A stretch of DNA of 64,000 nucleotides from Octopus sinensis (Eukaryota). Made by a program: the position numbers and the translations under genes. The stretch lies in the NCBI RefSeq assembly GCF_006345805.1, contig NC_043014.1, positions 6,572,001 to 6,636,000 on the forward strand, given 5' to 3'. The notes under the pieces were generated by a model, which was not told the DNA's origin, made no database searches, and saw nothing but the letters and a program-made list of their open reading frames with translations. This document shows, piece by piece, positions 34,613-47,587 of this stretch (position 1 is its first letter; each line of letters starts with the position of its first letter).

Positions 34613-35527
34613 ATTAAAATCTTCCACCAAACCTTAGTCACAATTCATGTTCCTAACACTAGCTTAATGATAACTAAGTTATTTTACTAAATTCTTTGTT
34701 ATATTTAAAATTAATTGAAAGAAACACAGAGCATCTCAACAGAAATATGGTAACAAATGGGTTAAAATATATAATAGAGAAACAATTCTTAATCCTTTTG
34801 ATACCAACCTGGCTGAAACCACCTCTGGCTCTGTAGTACAAATGTCTTACTTTCAAAAGTTCTGGATTAAAATCTTCCACCAAACCTTAGTCACAATTTA
34901 TGTTCCTAACACTAGCTTAATGATAACGAAGTTATTTTACTAAAATCTTTGCTTGGTATTTAAAGTAATTGAAAGAAACACAGAGCATCTCAACAGAAAT
35001 ATGGTAACAAAAGGGTTAAAATATATATAATAGAGAAACAATTCTTAACCCTTTCGATACCAACCTGGCTGAAACCGGTTCTGGCTCTGTAGTACAAATG
35101 TCTTGTTTCCAAAAGTTCTGAATTAAAATCTTCCACCAAACCTTAGTCACAATTTATGTTCCTAACACTAGCTTAATGATAACTAATTTATTTTACTAAA
35201 TTCTTTGTTATATTTAAAATTAATTGAAAGAAACACGGAGCATCTCAACAGAAATATGGCAACAAAAGGGTTAAAATATATTTAATAGAGAAACAATTCT
35301 TAACCCTTTTGATACCAGCCTGGCTGAAACCGCTTCTGGCTCTGAGTACAAATGTCTTGTTTTCATAAGTTTTGAATTAAAATCTTCCACCAAACCTTAG
35401 TCACAATTTATGTTCCTAACACTAGCTGAATGATAACGAAGTTATTTTACTAAATTCTTTGTTATATTTAAAATTAATTGAAAGAAACACAGAGCATCTC
35501 AAAATTAATACAGTAACGAAAGGGTTA
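34613..35527. repeat. Tandem array (~255-bp period, about 3.6 units) of a piggyBac-like MITE plus spacer
   Basis: Each unit reads TTAA-CCCTTT.GATACC...AAAAGGG-TTAA, followed by the same AATATA...GAGAAACAATTC spacer. Confidence 0.85.
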
Positions 35528-35622
35528 GTTGATGATGGTGATGGTGATGATGATGATCTGCTAAAACACTGAACTATTTGCTTGTGAATGATTTTCTTCT
35601 TTCTTTTCTCCTTCTCCTTCAG

Positions 35623-35759
35623 TTATTGACTAGTCTGGCCTGCTTAGCTTATTTTGGAAGCTATAAGTTCATGACGAACATGGCAAACGCCTCTTACGGT
35701 GACACCAACCAGCTTTTAGACGCAGGAATTGATCTCAACATGGAAAGTGGCATGGCTGA
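35623..35759 (+). CDS. TMEM208: TMEM208 exon 4
   Basis: Long polypyrimidine-CAG|...GA|GTAAGG. 137 nt encoding LLTSLACLAYFGSYKFM...LLDAGIDLNMESGMAE (hallmark DLNMExGMAE). Confidence 0.96.
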
Positions 35760-35938
35760 GTAAGGGACCTTGGCTTACGAATTTCTTTTTCCTTTTTTCT
35801 TTTCTTTTTTCATACCGTTTATTCTTTCATCCGTATTTCTTCACCTCTTCAAGAATCCTGCATGTTATAGCTTCTCTGTATCTCTTTCACACACACACAC
35901 GCACACTCAAACACACAAGCATGCACAAACACACTCAT

Positions 35939-35969
<31 letters not shown>

Positions 35970-37969
35970 CACACAAATACAAACACACACACACACACAC
36001 ACAAATACAAACACGCATGCAAACACACACACACAAGCACATACACACATACACACACACGCATGCACGCACACACACACACACCACACACACACAAGCA
36101 CACAGCCACTCTCTACTTTGTTGTAGTTCTCTTTTTCTTCTTCACCTCCTCCCTCTCCCACCTCTCCTCCTCCTGTTACCCCTTCTTCTCCTTCCCCTCC
36201 TCCTTTTTCCTCTTTCACTTCTTTGTCTTCTTACTCTTTTACTTGTTTCAGTCATTTGACTGCGGCCATGCTGGAGCACTGCCTTTAGTCGAAGAAATCG
36301 ACCCCAGGACTTATTCTTTGTAAGCTATCAATCTCTTTTGCCGAACCGCTAAGTTACAGGGACGTAAACACACCAGTATCGGTTGTCAAGCGATGTTGGG
36401 GGGACAAACACTCACACACACACATACACACACGTATATATATATACGACAGGCTTCTTTCAGTTTCCGTCTACCAAATCCACTCACAAGGCTTTGGTCA
36501 GCCCGAGGCTATAGCAGAAGACACTTGCCCAAGGTACCATGCAGTGGGACTGAACCCAGAACCATGTGGTTGGTAAGCAAGCTACTTACCACACAGCCAC
36601 ACCTGCACCTTCTTTAGCTTTCTTCTTCATTCTCCTCCTCCTCCTTCCACTGCTACTCGCATTCTTCTTTTTCTCTCTGTTTCCATATCACCCTTTTCGC
36701 TCTCTCTCTCTCTCTCTCATGCTCCTGTTTGGATACATGTCCTTGAATAAGGGACTCCTGTAGAATACAGCTCATTCTTTACAGAGGTGGTTGGCCAATC
36801 ACATCATTCTTGCTCACAACATCATAAGCGGAAAGTGTAACCTCTCGAAAGAGCTGTTCTTCACTCCTGCTCCAGAACGTCGGCTGCGGGGTCACTCTGA
36901 AAAGCTCTATCTGCGACGATTTCATCTCAATCGAAGGAGAGGGGCTTTCTCCATCTGGGTTGCGGATCTGTGGAATAAGCTGCCGGACGAGATGGTGAAG
37001 ATGCCGACGACCGCTCGGTTCAAAGTCTCCCTTGACCACAAGTGGCCTGAACTCTTTGTATGAACACCACCCTGTACATAACTCCATGTCCCCCTACATG
37101 GCTTTGCTTTTTGCTTTTTGAGCCAAAAAATTAACTTAACTTAACTTAACTTAACATCAATACCAGTGCTCAACTGGTGCCTATTTCAGAGACTCGAAAA
37201 AGAGGAAAAGCTAAGTCAATAATTACAGAATATAAACTGTGAATGTAATTGCAGACAAAATGCTAACGATGCATCTCGCTAACGATGCTGCCTGCTTGCT
37301 GGCTTAATAATAATATAATGGTAATTCCTTTTAATTTTGTCAAAAGGCCAGAAATTTTGAGGAGAAGGGACATCGATTATATCAACCCCAGTGTTCAATT
37401 TTGTACTTATTTTATCAACCCTGGAAGGATGAAAGGTAGAATTTGAACTTGGAATGAAAAGCCGCAAGTGCTGCTAATTATTTTGACTAATATATTAACA
37501 ATTCTGCTAGCTTGTCACCTTGCTTTCAGTAATAATAATAATAATAATAATACCTTAGTCACCATCTCTTCATCTAGCATAAAGCAACCTCTCTCATTAC
37601 GACTCCCCCATCTCAGTTGAGGTGGGTATTGTCCTGCCAGCTACTAGGCGACCTCACTAGTGCAGGTGCCACATAAAAAGCACTCAATACAATCTGTAAT
37701 GTGGTGGATGTCAGGAAGGGCATCCAACTGTAGAAAGCATGCCAAAGCAGACACTGGAGCTCAAGGTAGTCCTCTGACTCTTTGGTTCCTACTGAACTGT
37801 CCGGCATTGAAAATGGACATTAAATGAAAAAAGAAAAAGGACACGGACACACACACACACTTATAAACTTTTTTAAATACATAACAAACATACTACTGAT
37901 TTCATGGCCATTCAGGCCTTAAATCTCAGCAAATAGAAAATTCTGATGATTATTTTTCCTTATACCTCC

Positions 37970-38570
37970 ACCGGCACGGAAGCCAGTCAAGGCGGCGCTG
38001 GCATCGGCCACGTTCGGATGGTGCTTTTTACGTGCCACCGGCACAGGGATCACAACTACAATTTCCATTGATTTTTGATGTTGATGTACTTCACTCAATA
38101 GGTCTCCTCAAGCACAGGGTCGAAACGGTGTTCCTTTACTTGCCAACTGCACAGGAGTCAGTCCAGTGGCATTGGCAACAGCCGGGTGCCAGTCATAGGA
38201 TTTGGCTCAATTTCGATTTCACTTGCCCCAACAGGTCTTCGTAAGCAGAGTTTAGTGTCCAATGAAGAGAGGTTGGCATGGGTGCCAGTCGTCGGATGTG
38301 GTTCGATTTCGAATTCAATTTCAATTTCACTTGCCTCAACAGGTCTTCGCTAGCAGAGTTTTGTGTCCAAAGAAGGAAAGGTATGCATAAGTGGGCTGGC
38401 TACATCCCTGACAGAGGCCACGGGTTATGGACTCACTTGTCCTGCCGGGTCTTCTCACGCACAGCATATTTCCAAAAGTCTCCGTCACTATTCATTGCCT
38501 CGGTGAGGCCTAATGTTCGAAGGTCATGCTTCACCACCTCGTCCCAGGTTTTCCTGGGTCTACCTCTCCT
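37970..38570 (-). mobile_element. RTE 3' fragment (C-terminus of ORF plus 3' UTR), related to 58932-62965
   Basis: GRPRKTWDEVVKHDLR-type sequence reversed at 38500-38570. Further RTE-tail fragments at about 37600-37830, 41340-41700, 46570-46760, 56950-57140 and 63290-63560. Confidence 0.8.
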
Positions 38571-38679
38571 AATTTTCCTCTTCATCCCCATCTTATCTTA
38601 TTCATCCACTTCCTCCTGTATTATACAGAATTCACTCGTCATACTAATCTAGATATTTTTGTTTTTTTCTTCTTTGTAG

Positions 38680-38764
38680 ACACAGTAAAGACTTGATTCT
38701 AATGACCTGCATCGTACAGATCCTGAGTTTAATTTCAAATTACTTTTGGATTTTATGGCTAGTG
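38680..38764 (+). CDS. TMEM208: TMEM208 exon 5
   Basis: TTTGTAG|...|GTGAGT. 85 nt, phase 2/0, encoding (E)HSKDLILMTCIVQILSLISNYFWILWLV. Confidence 0.96.
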
Positions 38765-39764
38765 GTGAGTTGGTCATCTCTTATCCCCTTCTGTTTCCAC
38801 ACTTAACGTTTCTTTCTCATTTTTTATCTGGGCACAACGGCTTCTAGTTACACCCTCAGGCTCACCCAGTTTCTGCTTCAACAAGTTTTGTCTGACCCAT
38901 GCAAGCATGGAAAAGTGTACACTAAATGATGATGATGATGGTTGTGGTGGTGGTGGTGGTGGTGGTGAAGACGAAGAAGAGATGCATTACATCACCCTCA
39001 TCATCTTATCACCTGCTTTGCCTTGCTTGCTTGGGTCAGACAAAACTTCTTTAACCTTCTAGCATTGAAACTGGCCACATGTGGCCCAAATATTCTGCTT
39101 GTCCTATGTTTAAACCCAGTCAAGTCCAGCCTCTAACGCCTAACATTTAATGTTAGTCTAGTGGTCCCTAACTCTTTTATTTAAATGGGTTTTCCTACAG
39201 ACCCCTTTTAATATGCTCATCCTTATGTGTGTGTGTGTATATATATATATATATAATATATATATATATATTATATATATATATATATTTTTTACTTGTT
39301 TCAGTCATTTTGACTGCGGCCATGCTGGAGCACCGCCTTTAATCGAGTAACTCGACCCCGGGACTTATTCTTTGTGAGCCCAGTACTTATTCTATTGGTC
39401 CCCTTTGCCCTACCGCCAAGTGACGGGGACATAAACACACCAGCATCGGTTGTCAAGCAATGCTAGGGGGACAAACACAGACACACACACATACATATAT
39501 ATATATACATATATATATATACATATATACGACAGGCTTCTTTCAGTTTCCGTCTACCAAATCCACTCACAAGGCTTTGGTCGGCCCGAAGCTATAGTAG
39601 AAGACACTTGCCCAAGGTGCCACGCAGTGGGACTGAACCCAGAACCATGTGGTTGGTAAACAAGCTACTTACCACACAGCCACTCCTGTATATATATATA
39701 AAATAGAAATATTAAATTTCTAAATGTCTCAGAGAGATATAAGATTGAACAATAGAGCAGTTGT

Positions 39765-40050
39765 ATACTGTCAGCTTAACGTGACAGTCCCATGGAGGGA
39801 ATCACACCACCGCTATTTAGCCCTAGGAAGCATCAACGCTTCCTGCCGGCCTTGACACATTTTCTGTGTCCTTATGTTTACAAAGGGGAGACAAGCACCC
39901 CCATCCAACTTAGCATGCACACAGAGACTAGTTTCTGAGTTTTTGCTCATCATCAGTCTGGTGTAGCATGTTCTAAAATAAGTCAAAAGGTAAGCTACTA
40001 TAAATCAGCACGAACTTTCCGGACAACCCAATATAAGACAATCTATGGTT
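39765..40050 (-). mobile_element. Diverged single monomer (family 2) of the hammerhead repeat
   Basis: Colinear blocks TTTAGCCC.AGG, GGCC.T.GACACA..TGTGTCCT, TTT.CAAAGGG.AG and CAACT, then a hammerhead at the same position as in family 1. The right boundary is uncertain. Confidence 0.8.
39922..39960 (-). ncRNA. Type I hammerhead ribozyme, intact core
   Basis: CAGA-CUGAUGA-UGAG(CAAAAA)CUCA-GAAAC-UA-GUC^UCUG. Stem III palindrome ACUAGU. Stem I extends with bulges. Confidence 0.88.
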
Positions 40051-42011
40051 AATACAAAACAAAGGGTAAAATAAGGATTTCATTTGACAGAGGAATCTGA
40101 ATGCTAAGACACTGATTTTCTATACATTGCTTGCAGGAAGGTGAGTGGCTGCTATCTCTAGCAGTCAAGCTTTCATCACTGATGTGACCAAGGAAGATTG
40201 AACTCACGTTGTCTGGTGGTCATAGCGCTATAGTTGGTAGGGGTTTATCTCCCCACTAACGATATAAATAAGCATGCATTTTGCACCGGAAGCTTATGTA
40301 GGAGTTTCTCTCGTGGTGTCAACCGCAGTATAGTTTGTTCTAGCAGAACATTCACAAGGCGCAGGAGTGGCTGTGTGGTAAGTAGCTTGCTAACCAACCA
40401 CATGGTTCCGGGTTCAGTCCCACTGCGTGGCATCTTGGGCAAGTGTCTTCTGCTATAGCCCCGGGTCGACCAATGCCTTGTGAGTGGATTTGGTAGACAG
40501 AAACTGAAAGAAGCCTGTCGTATATATGTATATATATATATATGTATGTGTGTGTTTGTGAGTCTGTGTTTGTTTCCCTAGCATTGCTTGACAACCGCTG
40601 CTGGTGTGTTTACGTTCCCGTCACTTAGCAGTTCGGCAAAAGATACCGATAGAATAAGTACTGGACTTACAAAACGAATAAGTCCCGGGGTCGAGTTGCT
40701 CGACTAAAGGCAGTGCTCCAGCATGGCCGCAGTCAAATGACTGAAACAAGTAAAAGAGTAAAGAGAGTAAAGAATTAAGTAAGAATTAATGTTACCTCTC
40801 AATATTAATCCTGTGTCTGTCGCTTGTAGATACTGATTGTTTGGGAGGCGCAATGGCCCAGTGGTTAGGGCAGCGGACTCGCGGTCATAGGATTGCGGTT
40901 TCGATTCCCTGACCGAGCGTTGGGAGTGTTTACTTAACAAAAACCCCTAAAAAGCTCCACGAGGCTCCGGCAGGAGGTGGTGGTGATCCTTGCTGTACTC
41001 TTTCACCACAACTTTCTCTCACTCTTACTTCCTGTTTCTGTTGTACCTGTATTTCAAAGGGCCGGCCTTGTCACTCTCTGTGTCACGCTGAATATCCCCG
41101 TGAACTACGTTAAGGGTACACGTGTCTGTGGAGTGCTCAGCCACTTACACGTTAATTTCACGAGCAGGCTGTTCCATTGATTCGGATCAACCGGAACCCT
41201 CATCGTCGTAACTGACGGAGTGCTTCCATCCACTGATTGTATGACAGTGGCAGTCATTCTGCAACCTTGCCTGTGTGGTCGATCTTGCTCATTTGCAACC
41301 ATCACATGATGTCAAGACAAGGGAGTACACACACACACACACAAACACATTTACATATCATCATCATTTAACATCTGTTTTTCCATGCTGGCATGGGTTG
41401 GATGGTTTGACAGGAGCTGACCAATTGAAAAGCTGCCCACATTCCATGTCTGTTTTGACACGTTTTCTACAGCTCGATGTCCTTCCTAATGCCAGCCACT
41501 TCACAGTGTACAGGGTGCTTTTTTACAGGGCATTGACATGGGTGCTTCTATGTCGCCCTGGCACTTTTATGTGCCACTATCAATGGCACTTTTACATGAC
41601 ACCAGCATGAACACCTTTACATGACACTGGCATAGGCCTTTTTATGTGGCACCATAGAAAATGGCATAAAATGGGCTTTTCCAGTTTGCATCTACCAAAT
41701 CCATTCACAAGGCCTTAATTGCCTTGGGACAAAAGTAGAAGACACTTGCCCAAGGTGCCATCCACTGGCACTGAACCTTAGACCACACCTACACCTATGG
41801 TTTTTGATATTCTTGCATTCTAAGGCAGTGAGCTGACAGAATCGTTAGTATGTCAGGTGAAATACTTAGCGACATTTCATCTGTCTTCACATTCTGGGTT
41901 CAAATTCACTTTGCCTTTCATCCTTTCAGGGTCGATGTAATTAACACATCCCCACCATCAAAACTGCTGCCCTTGAGGCAAAATTTGAAACCATTATTAT
42001 TAGTAGTATTG

Positions 42012-42082
<71 letters not shown>

Positions 42083-42589
42083 GTGAAGGCGCATGGCTCA
42101 GTGGTTAGAGCATCGAGCTTATGATCGTGAGGTTGTGAGTTTGAATCCCGGACTGGGCTGAGTGTTGTGTTCTTGAGCAAGACCCTTTATTTTATGTTGC
42201 TCCAGTTCACTCAGCTGTAGAAATGAGTTGCGATGTCACTGGTGCCAAGCTGTATCAGCCCCTTTGCCTTTCTCTTGGATAACATCAGTGGCGTGGAGAG
42301 GGGATGCCGGTATGCATGGACGACTGCTGGTCTTCCATAAACAACCTTGCCTAGATTTGTGCCTGGGAGGGTAACTTCCTAGGTGCAATCCCATGGTCAT
42401 TCATGACCAAAGGGATTCTTTATGCCTGTACCCTATGTACATATAATGGCATGGAGAAGAAAGGCTAGTATCCATGGGCGACTGCTGGTCTTCCATAAAC
42501 AACCTTTCCCGGACTTGTGCCTCGGAGGGTAATTTCCTAGGTTCAATCCCATGGTCAGTCATTACTAAAGGGAGTCTCTGCATTCATCA

Positions 42590-42975
42590 TCATCATCATC
42601 ATTGTTTAGCGTCCACTTTCCATGCTAGCATGGGTTGGACGGTTCAACTGGGGTCTGGGAAGCCAGAAGGCTGCACCAGGCTCCAGTCTGATCTGGCAAT
42701 GTTTCTACAGCTGGATGCCCTTCCTAACGCCAACCACTCCATGAGTGTAGTGGGTGCTTTTTACATGCCGCTGGCACAGGTGCCAGGTGAGGCTGGCAAC
42801 GGCCACGATCGGAATGGCATGATTATTATTATTGGCGTTAGGAAGGGCATCCAGCCGTAGAAACATTGCCAGATCAGACTGGGCCTGGTGCAGCCTTCTG
42901 GCTTCCCAGACCCCAGTTGAACCGTCCAACCCATGCTAGCATGGAAAGCGGATGCTAAACGATGATGATGATGAT
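42590..42975. repeat. Two RTE 3'-tail copies head-to-head, forming ~140-bp inverted arms (42590-42733 / 42833-42975)
   Basis: Both outer ends carry the (CAT)/(GAT)n tail, and the arms are highly similar. Confidence 0.9.
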
Positions 42976-43118
42976 TACTACTACTACTACTAGAACCGTT
43001 AGCACGTCAGGTGAAATACTTAGCGACATTTCATTAGTCTTCACATTCTGGGTTCAAATTCCGCCGAGGTTGATTTTGCCTTTCATCCTTTCTGGGTTGA
43101 TAAATTAAATACCAGTGA

Positions 43119-43379
<261 letters not shown>

Positions 43380-43611
43380 CAGCAGTGATGGACATATATT
43401 TCCTTATATGCACACACATTCACGCACATGTATACACATATATATACACACACACACACACACCTTCAGAAATACATGCTCACAACCATACACAAGTCTG
43501 AATTATATTGAAATAAATAAATAAGTTTATATATATATATATAAGAATTTTTTTGCGTAATAAGATAAAAAACCAAAGCTGTGTAGATATTATAGCATTT
43601 ATAGATAGAAG

Positions 43612-43664
43612 GTCTTTACAGCTGTTTCTAGGATATTTATTAATTATATCTCTTCATCAGAGAC
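43612..43664 (-). ncRNA. Minimal hammerhead, intact core, stem I offset by one extra A
   Basis: GUCU-CUGAUGA-[stem II GAUAU/AUAUC]-GAAAC-AGCU-GUA-a-AGAC. Confidence 0.65.
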
Positions 43665-43888
43665 GGTGTGAGTATATATATCTATGTATTTTTTTTTTTC
43701 CTATCTTGTCTGTAATGGATTTGTGACTATTCGGTGGTACAGAAGTATTTTTTGACTTCTATCATTAGCGATATAGGTACTCACATAGTAACAGGAAGCT
43801 TTATGAAAATAAACAAAAGATGGAGGCAGGTGGAATACAAACAAACAATTGTATTAGTATGGCGCTCAGGAATATAAATAAAACAAGT

Positions 43889-43924
43889 CTTTAACGTTTC
43901 GAGCCTACGCTCTTCAACAGAAAG
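43889..43924 (-). ncRNA. Minimal hammerhead with A6>U
   Basis: CUUU-CUGUUGA-aGAGC(GUAG)GCUC-GAAAC-GUU-AAAG. Confidence 0.6.
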
Positions 43925-44180
43925 ATACACAGAAAAGAAGCACAGAAAGAAACAAGGAGAGAAAAAAAATGCGTGCAGAGGCTAGTGAATCAACACCCTT
44001 GTGTATGTATGTACATATCTAATATTGTATGTATATATTTTATTAATTTGCCTGTACGGCTAATAATTCGCTTACCACTTGTGATGGTATTTTTATAATA
44101 CCATCCCTATATTTATTTATATATATATTTATATATATATATATATTTATCAAAAGAAAAACATGATGCAAAGGATTTAG

Positions 44181-44266
44181 CAGTACATATGTTTCTGGAT
44201 TTTATTAGACAGTTTATATCAATGCATAATTGATATAATATGTATGTCAATAGCCTTCCTCAGCCG
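44181..44266 (-). ncRNA. Hammerhead candidate with long stem II
   Basis: CGG-CUGAGGA-[stem II including UAUAUCAAU/AUUGAUAUA and GACA/UGUC]-GAAAC-AUAU-GUA-CUG. Confidence 0.6.
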
Positions 44267-44414
44267 TGCACAATTACCACACCAAGGACATGTATTACAT
44301 TATAAGTTTGGGAAAAAGACGATTTACGTTGGGGATGCAAATCCTCATAGTCGTGTACAACAGGTGCTTACAATTATCAAGTATTCACCCTGAATTATAT
44401 ATATATATATATAT

Positions 44415-44800
44415 ATGTATTTTTGCCGTTTCCTCCCAGTTAGTGAAGTCGATGTCACACTTTTTGAGGTTCGTTTTCAGGGAGTCCTTGTAGCGTTTCT
44501 TCTGGCCTCCTTTTATACGCTTGGCGTCTTTGAGTTGGGAGTAGAAGATCTGTTTGGAAAGTCGTTCGTCAGTCATTCTAACCACATGCAAAAAACAGAC
44601 CACTCTGGAAAACCACCATCCATGAAGGAACGGCGACTTTCGAGTCGAAAAGGTCTGCAGAGCTGGAGGAGAAAAGACGACGACGGAAGGAGCGCCAACA
44701 ACAACCACGTGCGACTCTCCCTTCCGGCACTAGATGTCCGCACTGCGACCGATCTTTTCAAGCAAGAATTGGTCTTATTGGTCACCTACGGACTCACCAG
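44415..44800 (-). mobile_element. RTE (BovB-like) ORF C-terminal fragment
   Basis: HVVRMTDERLSKQIFYSQL...GGQKKRYKDSLKTNLK.C.ID...WE. Confidence 0.85.
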
Positions 44801-44859
44801 TAAATTTGCACGAAGACCATCATCCTCGACCTTGAGGGATTGCCATCATCATATATATC

Positions 44860-45410
44860 ATCATCATCATCATCATCATCGTTTAGCGTCCGTTTTCCAT
44901 GCTAGCATGGGTTGGACGGTTCTACTGGGGTCTGTGAAGCCAGAAGGCTTCATCAGGCCCAGTCAAATCTGGCAGTGTTTCTACGGCTGGATGCCCTTCC
45001 TAACGCCAACCACTCTGTGAGTGTAGTGGGTGCTTTTTACGTGCCACCCTCACTGGTGCCAGACAGAGCTGGCAAACGGCCACGAACGGATGGTGCTTTT
45101 TATGTGCCACCGGCACGAGGGCCAGGCGAGGCTGGCAACGGACACGAAACGGGGCGGCGCTGGCAACGGTCACGAAACGGAAAGTTCTCTTACATGCCAC
45201 CGGCACTGGTAACACATCCGCAATTTCCATTGATCGATTTCGATTCTGATCCTCACTTGCCTCAACACGTCTTCACAAGTAGAGTTTTGTGTCCCAAGAA
45301 GGGAAGGTATGCATACGTAGGCTGGCTCCATCCCATGTAGAAGGCCACGGGTTATGGACTCACTTGTCCTGCCGGGTCTTCTCACGCACAGCACACTTCC
45401 AGAGGTCTCG
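44860..45410 (-). mobile_element. 5'-truncated copy of the RTE at 58932-62965 (3' UTR)
   Basis: Near-identical reverse complement of about 62330-62965, including the (GAT)n tail. Confidence 0.9.
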
Positions 45411-46332
45411 TACTACACATTCATACCTGCAAGCGTAAAGAGAGAAATGTTTGTCATGGAGCGTGTTGACAAATCCTGCTGAGGCCAACTTTTACCTGTC
45501 GTCTTTTCGGGGATGATAGAATAAGTACCAGTCATATACTGGGGTCAATGCAATCAACTTTCCTCTGCTTTCAAAATTGCTGGCCTTGTGCCAATATCAG
45601 AAAGAGTTACCTGTGAAGCTAGAACTGTGTTAATTTCAGCTCTTCTTATTAATAACTGCGTTGTTTCTTTCCAGGTAAACAACTGACACCTGACTGTTCA
45701 AAGAAGACTTCCCTTGCCCCCAAGGTTATTCATACTGACACGGTTGCTACATTAGGGGATGATGCTCCAGCTTTATCAACTAGGCGCAGGAGTGGCTGTG
45801 TGGTAAGTAGCTTGCTAACCAACCACATGGTTCCGGGTTCAGTCCCACTGTGTGGCATCTTGGGCAAGTGTCTTCTGCTATAGCCCCGGGCCGACCAATG
45901 CCTTGTGAGTGGATTTGGTAGATGTAAACTGAAAGAAGCCCATCGTATATCTATACAAATATATATACATATATATACATAGGCGCAGGAGTGGCTGTGT
46001 GGTAAGTAGCTTGCTAACCAGCCACATGGTTCCGGGTTCAGTCCCACTGCGTGGCATCTTGGGCAAGTGTCTTCTGCTATAGCCCCGGGCCGACCAATAC
46101 CGTGTGAGTGGATTTGGTAGACGGAAACTGAAAGAAGCCTGTCGTATATATGTATATATATATATATATATACAGTAAAAGCAATTAAGATTCAAGTCAG
46201 TTCTAATGAATTCACTTGAATGCGGTACTTAACTTAGATGCATCAGAAAACTATATGGTATTAACCATACAATAATGTGGGGTGATTATAAACGAGAAAA
46301 AAGCAACAGGAATGGATTAGTTTTTTAGTTAT

Positions 46333-46411
<79 letters not shown>

Positions 46412-46819
46412 TTGTCCCCCTAGCATTGCTTCCCAGCCAAATGGTTCTGGGTTCAATCCCACTGGATGACACCTTGGACAAATGTCTTCTGCCATAGCCT
46501 TAGCCTCAGGCAGACCAAAACCTTGCAAGTAGATTTCGTAGCTGGGAACTGAAAGAAGTCTCTCATATCATCATCATCATCATCGTTTAACGTCCATCTT
46601 CGATGCATGCATGGGTAGGACAGTTGATAGGAAGTGGCCAGGTAGAAAAACTACCCTGTGTCTCTTTTGACATGGATTTTACAGATGGATGCCCTTCCTA
46701 ACATCAACCACTCTGCAGGGTAGACTCAGTGCTTTTTATGTGTCACTGGCACAAGGGAGGTAAGTTTTGGCATGATTTTACATATATCTGCGTGTTTGTG
46801 TCTTTGTGCCTGTGGCCAA

Positions 46820-47205
46820 ATGAAGTTTTTTCAACATTGACCCTTCTTTCAGTTCACACACATCTTTCATAGGTGTTGCAGTGGTTGGATCCCATTGGTG
46901 AAAAAGCTTTTGTTTTGATGGTCAAAAAAAAAAGGTCAACAGCAGATATGATGTCATCGTCATCATGATACTGCTTCCTAGTCAAATGCTTTCTTCATGC
47001 TGGAAACAGATGATAGTCAGATAGGGGAGTGGGGCCAAATCAGGAGAATAGAGAGGGTGGTCAACCAGTTCAAAGCTACAGTCACACACAATAGCCATTG
47101 AATGCAAAAACTCACAAGCTGGAGCATTGTCCTCGTGAAATAAGAAACCTTTTGTCAGTTTTCTTGGGTGTTTGGTCTTGATTGCCTTTTGTAACTGCTT
47201 CAGCA
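46820..47205 (-). pseudogene. Mariner transposase C-terminal remnant
   Basis: HEDNAP...HPLYSPDLAP followed by DDDDIISAV...GIQ.L. Confidence 0.85.
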
Positions 47206-47587
47206 AGTTGGTGGGTGAAATGCTTAGCGGTATTTCGTCTGCCGCTACGTTCTGAGTTCAAATTCCGCTGAGGTCGACTTTGCTTTCATCCTTTCGGGGG
47301 TGTAATCCAGTGGGATTGAACCCAGAACCATGTGGCTGGTAAGCAAACATTTTACCACACTGCTACAAATAAATAACAAATGGAATTCTCAACAAACACA
47401 TACAAAGCTACACTAGATATTCACATAGCACACACGATATATATATATATATATATACATAGGGACAACTGTGTACATGAAACAAGCAAGTGAACACTAC
47501 AAGTATGTAACTATATGTAGGTATGGCTGTGTGGTAAGAGGCTTGCTTTTTTAACCATGTGTTCTAGGGTCCAGTTACGCTGTATGG

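Noticed and set aside
45675-45782. Plus-strand exon-like segment after TTTCTTTCCAG (KQLTPDCSKK...)
   Set aside because: It runs into a SINE without a donor, lies downstream of the TMEM208 stop, and has no partner exons.
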